Of a stretch of DNA of 32,000 bases, positions 1 to 9,115 are shown piece by piece; the stretch's first letter is position 1; every line of letters begins with the position of its first letter. The stretch is taken from assembly GCF_047555085.1 (NCBI RefSeq), contig NZ_CP180230.1, positions 210,001-242,000 on the forward strand. The letters run 5' to 3'. Source of the stretch: Candidatus Saccharimonadota bacterium. GTDB lineage: Archaea > Nanohalarchaeota > Nanosalinia > Nanosalinales > Nanosalinaceae. A program made the position numbers and the translations under genes. Under the pieces are notes generated by a model that was not told the DNA's origin, ran no database searches, and saw only the letters and a list, made by a program, of their open reading frames with translations.

Positions 1-1665
1 TTCAGCATAGGCCTTGTTGTCATCCGTTACAGGAAGGATACGCACCTGTTCCGGTGCAAGCCATGTCGGGAAGTCTCCTGCAAAGTGTTCGATCATGACT
101 CCCATGAAACGTTCGATAGATCCGAGGATCGCACGATGGATCATGACGGGGTAATGGTCCTCGTTGTCCTCTCCGACGTACTTCAGTCCGTAGTTACGCG
201 GGATGACGAAATCGAGCTGGACTGTACCCAGCTGCCATTCTCTTCCGATCGCATCTTCCACCTCGACACCGATCTTAGGCCCGTAGAACGCTCCTTCTTC
301 CTCGTTAATCACATAGTCATCTACTTTCTCATCTAACGCGTTCTTCAGGGAGCTTTCTGCTTCTTCCCATAATTCATCCGGTCCCTGAGCCTTCTCAGGC
401 TTTGTCTCGAGTATAAAGTTGACATTAAATCCGAACTCATCGTACATCTCGATAATGATCTGGAGATGCTTCTTGATCTCCTCCTCGATCTGATCCTTAC
501 GGATATAGGCGTGGCCATCGTCTTGGGTCATACCTCTAACGCGTAAAAGGCCTGAAAGCTCTCCACTCTGTTCATTCCTGTAAACTGTCCCGAACTCGGA
601 AAGCTTGATAGGCAGCTCTTTGTAACTCCTTTTACCGGAGTCAAATATATGCGAATGGTTCGCACAGTTCATAGGCTTGAGGCCGTACTCTTCATCGTTT
701 TGCTCCCAGGCAAACATCTCGCCTTCCTCCTTGAAGGCCTCGTAGTGCCCCGTTTTCTTCCATAGCTCTGCTTTATTCAGTTCTGGTGTCCAGACTTCCT
801 CGTAGCCGAGTTCTTTATTCTTCTGGCGGATGTATTCCTCGAGCTCTCTTCTCATCTTCATCCCATCTCTGTGGAAATGTGCGGCACCTGGCGAGAAATC
901 AGGGATCGAGAACAGTTCCATCTCCTGTCCGATCCTCCTGTGATCACGCTTTTCAGCCTCTCTGCGCTTCTCCATGAAATCTTCGAGATCTGCCTCGGAG
1001 GAGAAAGCTGTTCCATAAACTCTTGTAAGCATCTCGTTCTCCTCATCGCCTCTCCAGTAGGCGCCAGCGATCTCCAGAAGCTTGAAGGCCTCAACTTCCC
1101 CCGTAGATTCTACGTGAGGGCCTTTACATAAGTCCTTGAACTCTCCCTGCTTGTAAAAGGAAACTTTGTCTCCTTCAGAGGCCTCTTCATCCAGGATCTC
1201 TCGTTTATACTCGTTGTCCTCGAAGAAATCTTCAGCCTCTTCTCGTGGGACTAGTTCACGTTCTATCGGAAGATCTTCTTCGATTATATTCTGCATCTCT
1301 TCCTCGATTTCTTCGAAATCCTCCTGATCCAGATCGACTCCGTCGATATCGTAGTAGAATCCTTCATCAGTCCAAGGTCCGATCGTAAGCTTTACTTCGT
1401 CGCCGTAGATCCTCTTCAAGGCCTGTGCGAATACGTGTGCGGCGCTGTGGCGCAGGACTTCGATGTATTCTTCGCTCTGATCTGTTACTATGTGGACGGT
1501 ATCTCCGTCTGAGACATGTTCCTCTTTGGCTACGAGTTCGCCGTTGATCTTTCCGGCTACTGTATCGTCTCCAAGGCCTGTTCCTATCTCGTAGGCCACA
1601 TCTTCTACTGTCGAGTTTTCTTCTACTTCTAAACTGGAGCCATCTGGTAGTTCTACTTCAATCAT
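1..1665 (-). CDS. thrS: Threonyl-tRNA synthetase, bacterial-type with TGS and editing domains. The C-terminus runs off the window start.
   Basis: I translated the minus strand from the ATG at 1665-1663. The product starts MIEVELPDGS (TGS domain). It carries the editing-domain motifs HSAAHVFAQAL and DLCKGPH, then RDHRRIG and class II core motifs (GLLRVRGMTQDDGH, FYGPKI, MIHRAILGSIERF). The frame stays open to position 1. It is absent from the ORF track because it has no stop in the window. Confidence 0.9.
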   Translation of the reverse strand, partial: MIEVELPDGSSLEVEENSTVEDVAYEIGTGLGDDTVAGKINGELVAKEEHVSDGDTVHIVTDQSEEYIEVLRHSAAHVFAQALKRIYGDEVKLTIGPWTDEGFYYDIDGVDLDQEDFEEIEEEMQNIIEEDLPIERELVPREEAEDFFEDNEYKREILDEEASEGDKVSFYKQGEFKDLCKGPHVESTGEVEAFKLLEIAGAYWRGDEENEMLTRVYGTAFSSEADLEDFMEKRREAEKRDHRRIGQEMELFSIPDFSPGAAHFHRDGMKMRRELEEYIRQKNKELGYEEVWTPELNKAELWKKTGHYEAFKEEGEMFAWEQNDEEYGLKPMNCANHSHIFDSGKRSYKELPIKLSEFGTVYRNEQSGELSGLLRVRGMTQDDGHAYIRKDQIEEEIKKHLQIIIEMYDEFGFNVNFILETKPEKAQGPDELWEEAESSLKNALDEKVDDYVINEEEGAFYGPKIGVEVEDAIGREWQLGTVQLDFVIPRNYGLKYVGEDNEDHYPVMIHRAILGSIERFMGVMIEHFAGDFPTWLAPEQVRILPVTDDNKAYAE

Positions 1666-1802
1666 GAGAGATCTCCTGCAAAGTTTCTAATTTGATAGAA
1701 AAGATTTTGACAGCTAAAGTTAAAGCTGGCTTGGTTGCGAGACATGCGGTCGTGGAGTAGGACGTCCACCTTTCATTGCATCAAAAGTTGAGGCCTCTGC
1801 TC

Positions 1803-1814
1803 TTAATAATTTAT
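1803..1814 (+). promoter_or_regulatory. TATA-box-like element (TTAATAATTTAT) about 24 nt upstream of the trm56 ATG
   Basis: AT-rich box at the archaeal TATA distance from the start codon, consistent with a leaderless transcript. Confidence 0.45.
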
Positions 1815-1831
1815 GCCAGTAAAATCCATGT

Positions 1832-2353
1832 ATGATCAAAGTTCTCCGCCTCGGACACAGAAGAGGCCGCGACGACAGAATATCCACTCACGTAGGCCTC
1901 ACAGCACGCCAATGGGGAGCTGATGAAATAATCTACTCCGGAGAAAAAGACACTAACATACTGGAAAGCCAGAGAGACATCATCGATCGCTGGGGCGGCG
2001 ACATACAAATAAGATACACAGAGGAATGGAAGAAAGAGATCAAGGAATTCGAAGGCCTCAAAGTCCATCTAACGATGTACGGCGAAAAAATCAACGAGAA
2101 AATAGAGGCCCTTGAAGAAAAGTTTGAGGACAGAGATCTACTTGTTATCGTCGGTGCCGAAAAAGTTCCTAGCTGGGTGTACAGAAACGTTGACTACAAT
2201 ATCTCTGTAGGAAACCAGCCTCATTCTGAGATAGCAGCTCTCGCCGTATTCATGGACAGGATACAGGAAGGAGAAATAAAAGAAGATTTCCAGGACGCAG
2301 AAATCCGTGTCAGGCCTTCAGAAGACAGGAAACTGACCGAGGAAACCGGCTAA
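1832..2353 (+). CDS. trm56: tRNA (cytidine56-2'-O)-methyltransferase, SPOUT family, archaeal Trm56
   Basis: The N-terminus MIKVLRLGHRRGRDDRISTHVGLTARQWGADEII matches the conserved aTrm56 signature (LRLGHR..RD.R..THV.L.AR.fGA). The size of 173 aa is typical. Confidence 0.85.
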   Translation: MIKVLRLGHRRGRDDRISTHVGLTARQWGADEIIYSGEKDTNILESQRDIIDRWGGDIQIRYTEEWKKEIKEFEGLKVHLTMYGEKINEKIEALEEKFEDRDLLVIVGAEKVPSWVYRNVDYNISVGNQPHSEIAALAVFMDRIQEGEIKEDFQDAEIRVRPSEDRKLTEETG

Positions 2354-2360
2354 AAATTTT

Positions 2361-2714
2361 TCAGACAGTTTCCCCGAGTTTCTCTCTTACACGTCCTGCA
2401 TAAGCCCTGATCTCGTCGCTGTAACCGAACATCTCAAGATTTCTCAGGTCTTCCTCAAGATCATCAGCATCTTCCAGGCCTTCGCCATCATAGTTTTCAA
2501 GCACGTACTCGGTGAGATGAAGTCCGAACATGTTCAAGGCACTTGTAGTCCTGTCAAAGTTCTCTGAAGCCCTTTCGCTGCCTGCGTTAGGGTCCAGCAG
2601 GTAATCGATCCATCTCTCCGCCTCGTAAAGATCGTCGAACATCGCTCTTTCGTCATCTGTTATGAATCCGTAAAGTTCTTCACCGCCGCGTTCTTCTCGA
2701 GTAAATTCTTCCAT
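2361..2714 (-). CDS. Hypothetical, very acidic cytoplasmic protein (117 aa)
   Basis: ATG-started ORF that fills the gap between trm56 and rnz. Its acidic composition matches the neighbouring genes. I recognise no family. Confidence 0.5.
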   Translation of the reverse strand: MEEFTREERGGEELYGFITDDERAMFDDLYEAERWIDYLLDPNAGSERASENFDRTTSALNMFGLHLTEYVLENYDGEGLEDADDLEEDLRNLEMFGYSDEIRAYAGRVREKLGETV

Positions 2715-2744
2715 GTAGAAACAGTTAAGACCTTAAACTTAACT

Positions 2745-3650
2745 TTATTCCGGTCTGTGAGGCTTAACCTCGAACTCTTTACCATCTTCACCTAGCTCAG
2801 TCTCCCCGAACTTTTCCGAGGCCTCTTCCAGAAGTTTCCGCTCGCTGTTCCTGTATCTACGGGAGAAATGTGTCAGTACAAGCTTCTCGACATCGGCCTC
2901 TTCTGCGATCTCCCCGGCCTGTAGTGCGGATGTGTGTCCGTGTCTTTCTTCAATCATCTCATGCAGACACGTTGATTCATGGATCAGGAGATCAGCGTTC
3001 TCTGCATTATCTATCAGATTGTCGCATTTCTCTGTATCACCGCTGTAAACGATTTTTCTACCCGGCATCTCCTCGATGACTTCTTCAGGCCTGATCTCTT
3101 CGCCTTCCCATTCGATAGTCTCTCCGTTCTTCAGTTTCCCGATCTTTGGCGATGATCCAAGGCCTAAATCCTCCATTTTCTCCTTGTTCGCTTTTTTACT
3201 GGATTCTTCCTCGAAGCTGAAGCCGAAAGCGTTGACTCCATGTTCTACCTCGAAAGGCCTGATTTTGTAGCCGTCGCCGACGATCTCCTCGCCTTCGACA
3301 ATGTCCTCGACAAAGATCTCGTAGCTACGGTTGAAGTATCCGGTGTCAAGAATCCTGTCGGTAAATTCCTCTGTTCTCGGCGGGCCGTAGATGTAAAGCG
3401 GCTCTTCACGGCCTTCAAGCTCCATCGTCTGGATCAGTCCAAGCAGGCCTGAAAAATGATCGGCGTGCCAGTGCGAGATAAAAATCCTGGAAATCTTCAT
3501 GAGGCCCAGTTTCTCCTTCATCAAAGTTCTCTGTGTTCCCTCTCCGCAGTCGAAAAGTATGCGTTCTCCATTGAAATCTATCAGATTGGCGGCGAGGCCT
3601 CTCTCCTCGGTAGGTACTGCGCTTGAAGTTCCCACTGTCCAGACTCTCAT
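2745..3650 (-). CDS. rnz: Ribonuclease Z (tRNA 3' endonuclease), metallo-beta-lactamase fold
   Basis: MRVWTVGTSSAVPTEERG... followed by the HxHxDH motif (SHWHADH) and a C-terminal HESTC / HGHTS region. The track ORF starts at a TTG (3656). The ATG at 3650 gives the canonical RNase Z N-terminus. Confidence 0.9.
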   Translation of the reverse strand: MRVWTVGTSSAVPTEERGLAANLIDFNGERILFDCGEGTQRTLMKEKLGLMKISRIFISHWHADHFSGLLGLIQTMELEGREEPLYIYGPPRTEEFTDRILDTGYFNRSYEIFVEDIVEGEEIVGDGYKIRPFEVEHGVNAFGFSFEEESSKKANKEKMEDLGLGSSPKIGKLKNGETIEWEGEEIRPEEVIEEMPGRKIVYSGDTEKCDNLIDNAENADLLIHESTCLHEMIEERHGHTSALQAGEIAEEADVEKLVLTHFSRRYRNSERKLLEEASEKFGETELGEDGKEFEVKPHRPE

Positions 3651-3724
3651 ATTCAAAACGTTTTGACTGAGTCTTTAATTAGCCTCCCGAAAGGAATAAA
3701 TATTGCTACCTCTATGTAACACTT

Positions 3725-3916
3725 ATGGTTGATGAGGTTTCGTCTCCGAGCAAGGGCTGGCAGGAAGTAAATGCACTGATGCAGAAAGGAGGCCTTTCAG
3801 ATATTGAAGAAGTCATAATGTTTAACAAGGCCCAGTCAGGAGACGCAAGCTACGAAGAGGCCACAGCACAGACACAGCTATCTGATTACCAGGCCTCAGA
3901 GTACACTACACTGTAA
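3725..3916 (+). CDS. Possible small acidic protein (63 aa)
   Basis: The only ORF in the 250-nt gap between rnz and the Trm-G10 gene. An AATAAATATT box lies about 24 nt upstream of its ATG. No family recognised. Confidence 0.3.
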   Translation: MVDEVSSPSKGWQEVNALMQKGGLSDIEEVIMFNKAQSGDASYEEATAQTQLSDYQASEYTTL

Positions 3917-4829
3917 AGATGTACCGTGTCAGATTTTTATGCACATAGACGCTGTAATCTGCCTCGTAGCCGCCTATCGAGGCCTCGTTGTACATAAACA
4001 CTACTTCTCCCTCAAAACTTTCCACGACTTCCAGGAAATCCTCTACAACGTTCGAAGTCTTCTTAGAGGCCTGTCCGTACGGAAGATCAGTTACAATTGC
4101 ATCAAATTTTTCCAGGCCTGAAACTTCACTGATTTCACATCTCTCTATGTCGTAATTGATTATTCCATAATTCTCGAGATTTTCCCCCGCACCTTCGATC
4201 ATCTCCTCGTCGATGTCACGGCCGTGAACTCCAACGCCGCAGAGACCGGCCTCTATCAATATTCCGCCGGTCCCGCAGAAAGGATCAAGCAAATGCTTTC
4301 CAGGCCTGACACCTGAAAGATTCACAAGCACACGTGCCAGGACAGGATCAAGAGAAACAGGCGATGAGAAAGGCCTCCTGTCGTTTTTCCGCTTCATGAA
4401 AAGGCCTCTGTCGATATCCTGTACAAGTTCTGATAGAACAATTTTTTCCTCAAATAGATAGGCCTTGAAAGTTTTCTTCGGATTTTCAAGATCAACAGAA
4501 TTTTTTTCGGATTCAATTTTTCTGCCGAGTTCTTTCTCAATCTTTTTCGTATCTTTTTCCTCTTCTGTAAGATTTTCGGCCCGTACAGCAAAGCTTCCTG
4601 AAAAATCGATGTTTGCATCCAGTTTCTCTGGCTTTGATGCCTCACTGATCTTTCTGGAGACTTCATGCGTCAGGCCGAGACGTTTCAGCTGCATAGGCTC
4701 GGCCTCCGTCTCCGCTAGATTTTTTCTTCTTGAGGCCTTTTCATCTATTTCCTGGCTTTCCAAGAATCCGTTGAGTTCTGCTTCTGCGAGTTCAAGATTT
4801 TCTCCGGCTAGAATGTAGATGTAGCTCAT
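3906..4829 (-). CDS. tRNA (guanine10-N2)-methyltransferase, archaeal Trm-G10/Trm11 type
   Basis: RRPFSSPVSLDPVLARVLVNLSGVRPGKHLLDPFCGTGGILIEAG (SAM motif I) and TDLPYG (motif IV), with a Trm11-like N-terminus MSYIYILAGENLELAEAEL. The track start at 4880 is a TTG. The ATG at 4829 avoids overlap with the upstream gene. Confidence 0.8.
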   Translation of the reverse strand: MSYIYILAGENLELAEAELNGFLESQEIDEKASRRKNLAETEAEPMQLKRLGLTHEVSRKISEASKPEKLDANIDFSGSFAVRAENLTEEEKDTKKIEKELGRKIESEKNSVDLENPKKTFKAYLFEEKIVLSELVQDIDRGLFMKRKNDRRPFSSPVSLDPVLARVLVNLSGVRPGKHLLDPFCGTGGILIEAGLCGVGVHGRDIDEEMIEGAGENLENYGIINYDIERCEISEVSGLEKFDAIVTDLPYGQASKKTSNVVEDFLEVVESFEGEVVFMYNEASIGGYEADYSVYVHKNLTRYIFTV

Positions 4830-4836
4830 TTTTCTA

Positions 4837-5868
4837 TCAGGCCTGTTCTCTGTCTGGTGTGTTGAGTTTAATGAATGCAAGGTATCCGATGATAAGTCCG
4901 GGCCAGTAAGTCGTCAGTCTGAACAGGACTGCTGCGGTAAGCGCTATTGCAAAGTTCAGAGGATAGAAAAGCATCAGTATGCCTGCGAAGGCTGCTTCAA
5001 ATGTGCCTGAGCCGCCGGGAGTCGGTGAGAAAGTTGCAACTCCGGAAAGCATCACGGTGAAGTATATAGCAGGGAAGTTAGGGGTTATAGATAAAGACAG
5101 TAGTATGAAGTACAATGATGCTATCTGCAGAAGGAAAGTTGCATGTGTTAGAGTTGCTGCTTCAAGCAGCATTCTGGGATCGTCTCCGGCCTTGTAGAAT
5201 GCTGCCTTGGTGGATGAAATTCTTTCCTTTATCCTCTGTATGAATTTTTCTCCACGCCCAATCCGGCTCTGTATCCTGTTGAGGATTACGAAAAGGTATT
5301 TCTCAAGTATTTCCTCGTCAAACCATAGAAGATATGCTATCAGGCCTCCAATCAGTGCAAAAATGATTGCAAGATAAGCTGCCTGTGCTACGAGGCCTTT
5401 AACTGACTGGAAGAGGAACATGTAGGCTGCCCCTGCTGTGAGAAAAGTAAGGAAAGGTATGGCATTAATTATATCGGCAGAGATAACGCATGATAGTGAT
5501 TTATCGTAGCTGGCATCTGTGTTACGTGACACGATATATGCCATGAAAGGCTCTCCTCCGAACTGGCCTAGCGGCGTAATAGAGTTCAGGAAGTTCCCTG
5601 CCATAAACATCTCCATAGTTCTCTGGTACTTTAGATCGAAGTCCATGTGCCTGAAGAACATGTGCCAGACGTATCCCCAGATCAGGAATCCGGAGAGGCC
5701 TAGGCCGAGAGCAGGAATGAGATAGTATGGATTGGCGCTTCTCAAGGCCTCTACAAACTTGCTTACATCTGATATGTACACCATGCCTAGAAGGATAATT
5801 AGTGAGATTCCGAACCAGAGGTACTTGTTCTTCTTCAGGGCTGAAAGCTTACTCTTTTTCAGTTCCAT
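4837..5868 (-). CDS. Polytopic membrane protein, UPF0104 / lysyl-phosphatidylglycerol-synthase-TM (flippase-like) family
   Basis: Multiple TM helices. Carries the family-typical core FMAGNFLNSITPLGQFGGEPFMAYIV. This family is commonly linked to glycosyltransferases, as it is here. Confidence 0.65.
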   Translation of the reverse strand: MELKKSKLSALKKNKYLWFGISLIILLGMVYISDVSKFVEALRSANPYYLIPALGLGLSGFLIWGYVWHMFFRHMDFDLKYQRTMEMFMAGNFLNSITPLGQFGGEPFMAYIVSRNTDASYDKSLSCVISADIINAIPFLTFLTAGAAYMFLFQSVKGLVAQAAYLAIIFALIGGLIAYLLWFDEEILEKYLFVILNRIQSRIGRGEKFIQRIKERISSTKAAFYKAGDDPRMLLEAATLTHATFLLQIASLYFILLSLSITPNFPAIYFTVMLSGVATFSPTPGGSGTFEAAFAGILMLFYPLNFAIALTAAVLFRLTTYWPGLIIGYLAFIKLNTPDREQA

Positions 5869-6142
5869 AAACTGTCGTGTCTCCGCATTCCAGGCATCTG
5901 TACAGTATTTTATCTCCCTTCGATTTTATACGTACCTCACAGTTATCTCCAGGCCTGAGAAATGATCCGCAGTTATTGCAGAATTTCCGTTTCAGTCTGG
6001 AGGGAATAGGATTTTCAGACTTCATACTGATCTTCCGGGCCAGTTCAACATATCTGTCCGCAAGTTCTTTTTCATCGGAGTCAAAACGCTTCTCTGCAAG
6101 ATCGAACAGTTTTTCGATCCTCTCCAGAGCAATATTTGTCAT
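5849..6142 (-). CDS. rnp4: RNase P protein component 4 (Rpp21/Rpr2 zinc-ribbon subunit)
   Basis: N-terminal helical region IALERIEKLFDLAEK...ADRYVELARKISMK, then a CNNC...CLEC zinc ribbon. The track start at 6151 is a GTG. The ATG at 6142 lies 5 nt after the GT2 stop. Confidence 0.8.
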   Translation of the reverse strand: MTNIALERIEKLFDLAEKRFDSDEKELADRYVELARKISMKSENPIPSRLKRKFCNNCGSFLRPGDNCEVRIKSKGDKILYRCLECGDTTVYGTEKE

Positions 6143-6147
6143 ACAGT

Positions 6148-6861
6148 TCACCCAACTGTCTCAAAGCTGTATTTATCCTTCATAGCGTCTTTCTTTCCGA
6201 AAAAGTAGTAGATTGATGGAGGAACGTAATCGTTCAGTGTTCCTATAACACCTTTCTCATCGACACGTCTGACAGAGACATAGAACTGATCTTTCAGAGT
6301 TACTATTTTCCCGTGCATGGAGGCCTTCTTCATCAACTCGTGATCCTCGTTGAAAGGTAGAGATGCATCGAACCCATCTACTTCCTCGAAAACTTTTCTC
6401 TCTATGAACAGGAAGTTTCCGACAGCAACACGTCCAAGGCCTGTAAAGTTCATGAACTTCAACATCTTGGAGCCGAGGCCCAATAAAAGTCTTCCTCTGA
6501 TGCTTCCATCGAAGGGAATCCATGAAGAAGTCCCTGCGACAACATCTTCTCTGCTGATCGAGGCCTCTACTCTTGAAAGCACCTTGTCGTCCACGAGCTT
6601 GACATCAGCGTCCAGAAACAGGATGGTATCTCCAGAAGCATGCTCGGCGCCCTCATTTCTTGCTGCACCAGGTCCATCACCTTTATCGCTGAACACTTCT
6701 ACATCGTACTCTTCAAGTATCTCGAGAGTGCCATCGTTGCTTCCGCCATCACATATAATTATTTCATAGTCCTCGAAGTTCTGCGACTTAATGGACTCCA
6801 GAAGAGTTCTGATATAGTCGCTTTCATTGTATGTCGGGACAACTATAGATATCGAAGTCAT
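6148..6861 (-). CDS. Glycosyltransferase family 2
   Basis: SIVVPTYNESDYI...IIICDGGSNDGT...LFLDADV are classic GT-A/GT2 motifs. Confidence 0.85.
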   Translation of the reverse strand: MTSISIVVPTYNESDYIRTLLESIKSQNFEDYEIIICDGGSNDGTLEILEEYDVEVFSDKGDGPGAARNEGAEHASGDTILFLDADVKLVDDKVLSRVEASISREDVVAGTSSWIPFDGSIRGRLLLGLGSKMLKFMNFTGLGRVAVGNFLFIERKVFEEVDGFDASLPFNEDHELMKKASMHGKIVTLKDQFYVSVRRVDEKGVIGTLNDYVPPSIYYFFGKKDAMKDKYSFETVG

Positions 6862-6997
6862 AAAATTGGTTATACCTCTCAGGCCTTTCTATTAGTCCAG
6901 TTCGATTGCAAGATATAAAAAATCAGCTTGGAGAAAATACTAGGCCTGGCTGCGGATATTTAATAAAAATAGATCAGAATATTCTTTTCCGTAAAAA

Positions 6998-7984
6998 ATG
7001 AAGATTTATCATCCTGATTCAATCGAGAGATTTATCGTCGGTGGAGTAAAAGTTTCAGCTCAACAGCAGAGGAAGGCCTTTGAAAAAGTCGGAGTTGAGT
7101 ACACAACAGATTTCACTCTCGACTACGATATCATGCATCTGAATTTTCTCGGGCCTCTGGCTCTGCCCTTGCTGTTTATCTCAAAGCTTCTCGGGAAAAA
7201 AACTGTTGTCCATGCGCATTCCACAGGAGATAATCTTGAGGACACGCTTGCATTCTCCAGTATCTGGGGGCCTATAGGGAAAAAGTACTACCAGTTTATC
7301 TTCAGACACAGCGATCAGGTGATCGCAGTATCAGATTATTCGAAGGAGCTTCTGGAGGAAAGAGAAGTCGGAGATGTAATCACTCTGAGCAACGGCGTTG
7401 ACAACGATGTACTTGATGGATACAACGAAATCGAAGTGCCCGATGAATACTCGGAAGAGGCCTTCAGAGTCGTGAATCTTGCACAGGTATTCGAGCTCAA
7501 AGGCCTTGATACATTTATTGAGGTAGGAGAATCGATGCCTGACGCAGAGTTCACATGGTTCGGTCCAAGACACGAAAAACTGAATCCGAAAGAGACTATA
7601 GAAAAGATCGATGACACTCCTGAGAACGTAAGCTTCCCTGGATTTATCGATGATAAAAGAATACCTTTCAGAATAGGCGATGTCTATCTGTTCCCGTCTC
7701 ATGAAGAAACTCAGGGAATATCTGTTCTTGAGGCGGCCTACTGCGAGATGCCTCTTGTAGTACGTGATATCGAGGCCTTTGAAGGATGGCTGAAGCACAG
7801 GGAGAACTGCTTGAAGGCTGAAACGACAGATGAATTTATAGAACACGTTAAGACTCTTAGAGACGATGAGGAATTGCGGGAAAAAATCGCAGCCAATGCA
7901 CGTGAAATGGCAGAACACCATACGCTGGAGAAAATAGGAGAGAGACTTCAAAAAATGTACAGAGAAGTCCTCAGCAGCGATTAA
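6998..7984 (+). CDS. Glycosyltransferase family 4 (GT-B, group 1)
   Basis: C-terminal group-1 signature FPSHEETQGISVLEAAYCEMPLVVRDI, with GT4-like N-terminal half. Confidence 0.8.
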   Translation: MKIYHPDSIERFIVGGVKVSAQQQRKAFEKVGVEYTTDFTLDYDIMHLNFLGPLALPLLFISKLLGKKTVVHAHSTGDNLEDTLAFSSIWGPIGKKYYQFIFRHSDQVIAVSDYSKELLEEREVGDVITLSNGVDNDVLDGYNEIEVPDEYSEEAFRVVNLAQVFELKGLDTFIEVGESMPDAEFTWFGPRHEKLNPKETIEKIDDTPENVSFPGFIDDKRIPFRIGDVYLFPSHEETQGISVLEAAYCEMPLVVRDIEAFEGWLKHRENCLKAETTDEFIEHVKTLRDDEELREKIAANAREMAEHHTLEKIGERLQKMYREVLSSD

Positions 7985-8027
7985 AAATCCGTCGAGGCCT
8001 GTTTTTCTCTCCTTTTTTCCGGGCCTG

Positions 8028-8037
8028 TTATAAAAAA
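8028..8037 (+). promoter_or_regulatory. TATA box (TTATAAAAAA) about 28 nt upstream of the second GT4 ATG
   Basis: Position and composition fit an archaeal TATA box. The implied leader is very short or absent. Confidence 0.5.
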
Positions 8038-8059
8038 TCTTGATGTATTACTTCTGATT

Positions 8060-9115
8060 ATGAGGATCGGATTCTTCTCCGACAGTTACTTCCCGGAGTT
8101 TGATGGAGTAACTTACACGTTGAAGGCCTGGAAGGAGCGACTGGAGGAGAGAGGTCATGAAGTATACATAATCTATCCTGAGTCGGAGGAGTACGAACCT
8201 CAGGAAAATGAGATACCTGTCCGATCTGTCTCAAATCCTTTCTACAGCGGATACAATATACCGGTACCTGTTTTCAGAGATGAGTATCCTGATCTTGATG
8301 TCGTGCACTGTCACAGTCCGGCAACTCTCGGGATCTCAGGCCTAAGATTTGCACGTAAAAACGATGTGCCTGCGATATATACGCATCACACGCCGATAGA
8401 GGAGTACTTTGAGCAGAGTGTGCACAGCAAGAAAATCTCTGCAGGCCTTGAGAAAATCTATGTTCCTCTGGAGAATTTTTTCCTGGAAAAATTTGACGTC
8501 CTAACCGCTTCTACTCCGGAGCCAAGGAGGCCTGTCGATTTCAGGCAGCTTCCTGTAGGGATTGACATGCAGTTCTTCAGGCCTTCTGAAGAAAAATTCT
8601 TCGATGAAGAGGATGTTGAGAGGCCTGTTGCAGGATACAGCGGAAGGATCAGCATGGAGAAGAATCCCTGTGAGCTTGTGGAGATGGCCGAGAAGTTCGA
8701 TGGTACGGTGGTCGTGGTAGGTGAAGGTCCTCTGAAGGATAAACTTGTTGAAAAAGCACCACAGAACGTTGTATTCCATGATTTTCTTGAAAGAGAAGAT
8801 TTGCCTAAATTTTACTCGGACATAGATGTATTTGTCACAGCATCCACAGGAGACACTCTAGGCCTCTCAACGCTTGAGGCCAACGCATGCGGAACTCCGG
8901 TAGTTGCACCTGATGCAATCCCATTTGAAAACACAATCGAGTCTGAAAACGGCATCCTGTATGATTCAGGCGATGTGGAGGCGTTCAAGAACAAAGCAGA
9001 GAAGGCCTCAGAAAAATCTTTCGACACTCGAAGCGCTGTAGAAGAATATTCCCTCTCAAAAACTATAGACGAGCTTGAAGAGATATATGAGGATAAAAAA
9101 GATGCCAGCAGATAA
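8060..9115 (+). CDS. Glycosyltransferase family 4 (GT-B, group 1)
   Basis: MRIGFFSDSYFPEFDGVTY (GT4 N-terminal domain) and TASTGDTLGLSTLEANACGTPVVAPD (E-x7-E type region). Confidence 0.85.
   Translation: MRIGFFSDSYFPEFDGVTYTLKAWKERLEERGHEVYIIYPESEEYEPQENEIPVRSVSNPFYSGYNIPVPVFRDEYPDLDVVHCHSPATLGISGLRFARKNDVPAIYTHHTPIEEYFEQSVHSKKISAGLEKIYVPLENFFLEKFDVLTASTPEPRRPVDFRQLPVGIDMQFFRPSEEKFFDEEDVERPVAGYSGRISMEKNPCELVEMAEKFDGTVVVVGEGPLKDKLVEKAPQNVVFHDFLEREDLPKFYSDIDVFVTASTGDTLGLSTLEANACGTPVVAPDAIPFENTIESENGILYDSGDVEAFKNKAEKASEKSFDTRSAVEEYSLSKTIDELEEIYEDKKDASR

Noticed and set aside
85-1131. Plus-strand ORFs of 63-86 aa at the window start
   Set aside because: All lie antisense within the clearly identifiable thrS coding region.
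4394-4818. ORFs of 90 and 117 aa overlapping the Trm-G10 gene in other frames
   Set aside because: They sit inside a gene with clear SAM-methyltransferase motifs. Their composition is basic or Ser/Phe-rich and unlike the rest of the proteome.
7331-7951. 206-aa ORF antisense to the first GT4 gene, together with the nested 93-aa ORF at 7336..7617
   Set aside because: It lies entirely inside a well-supported GT4 gene. The product is rich in Cys, Phe and Arg and is not acidic, unlike every credible protein here. This is a typical shadow ORF.
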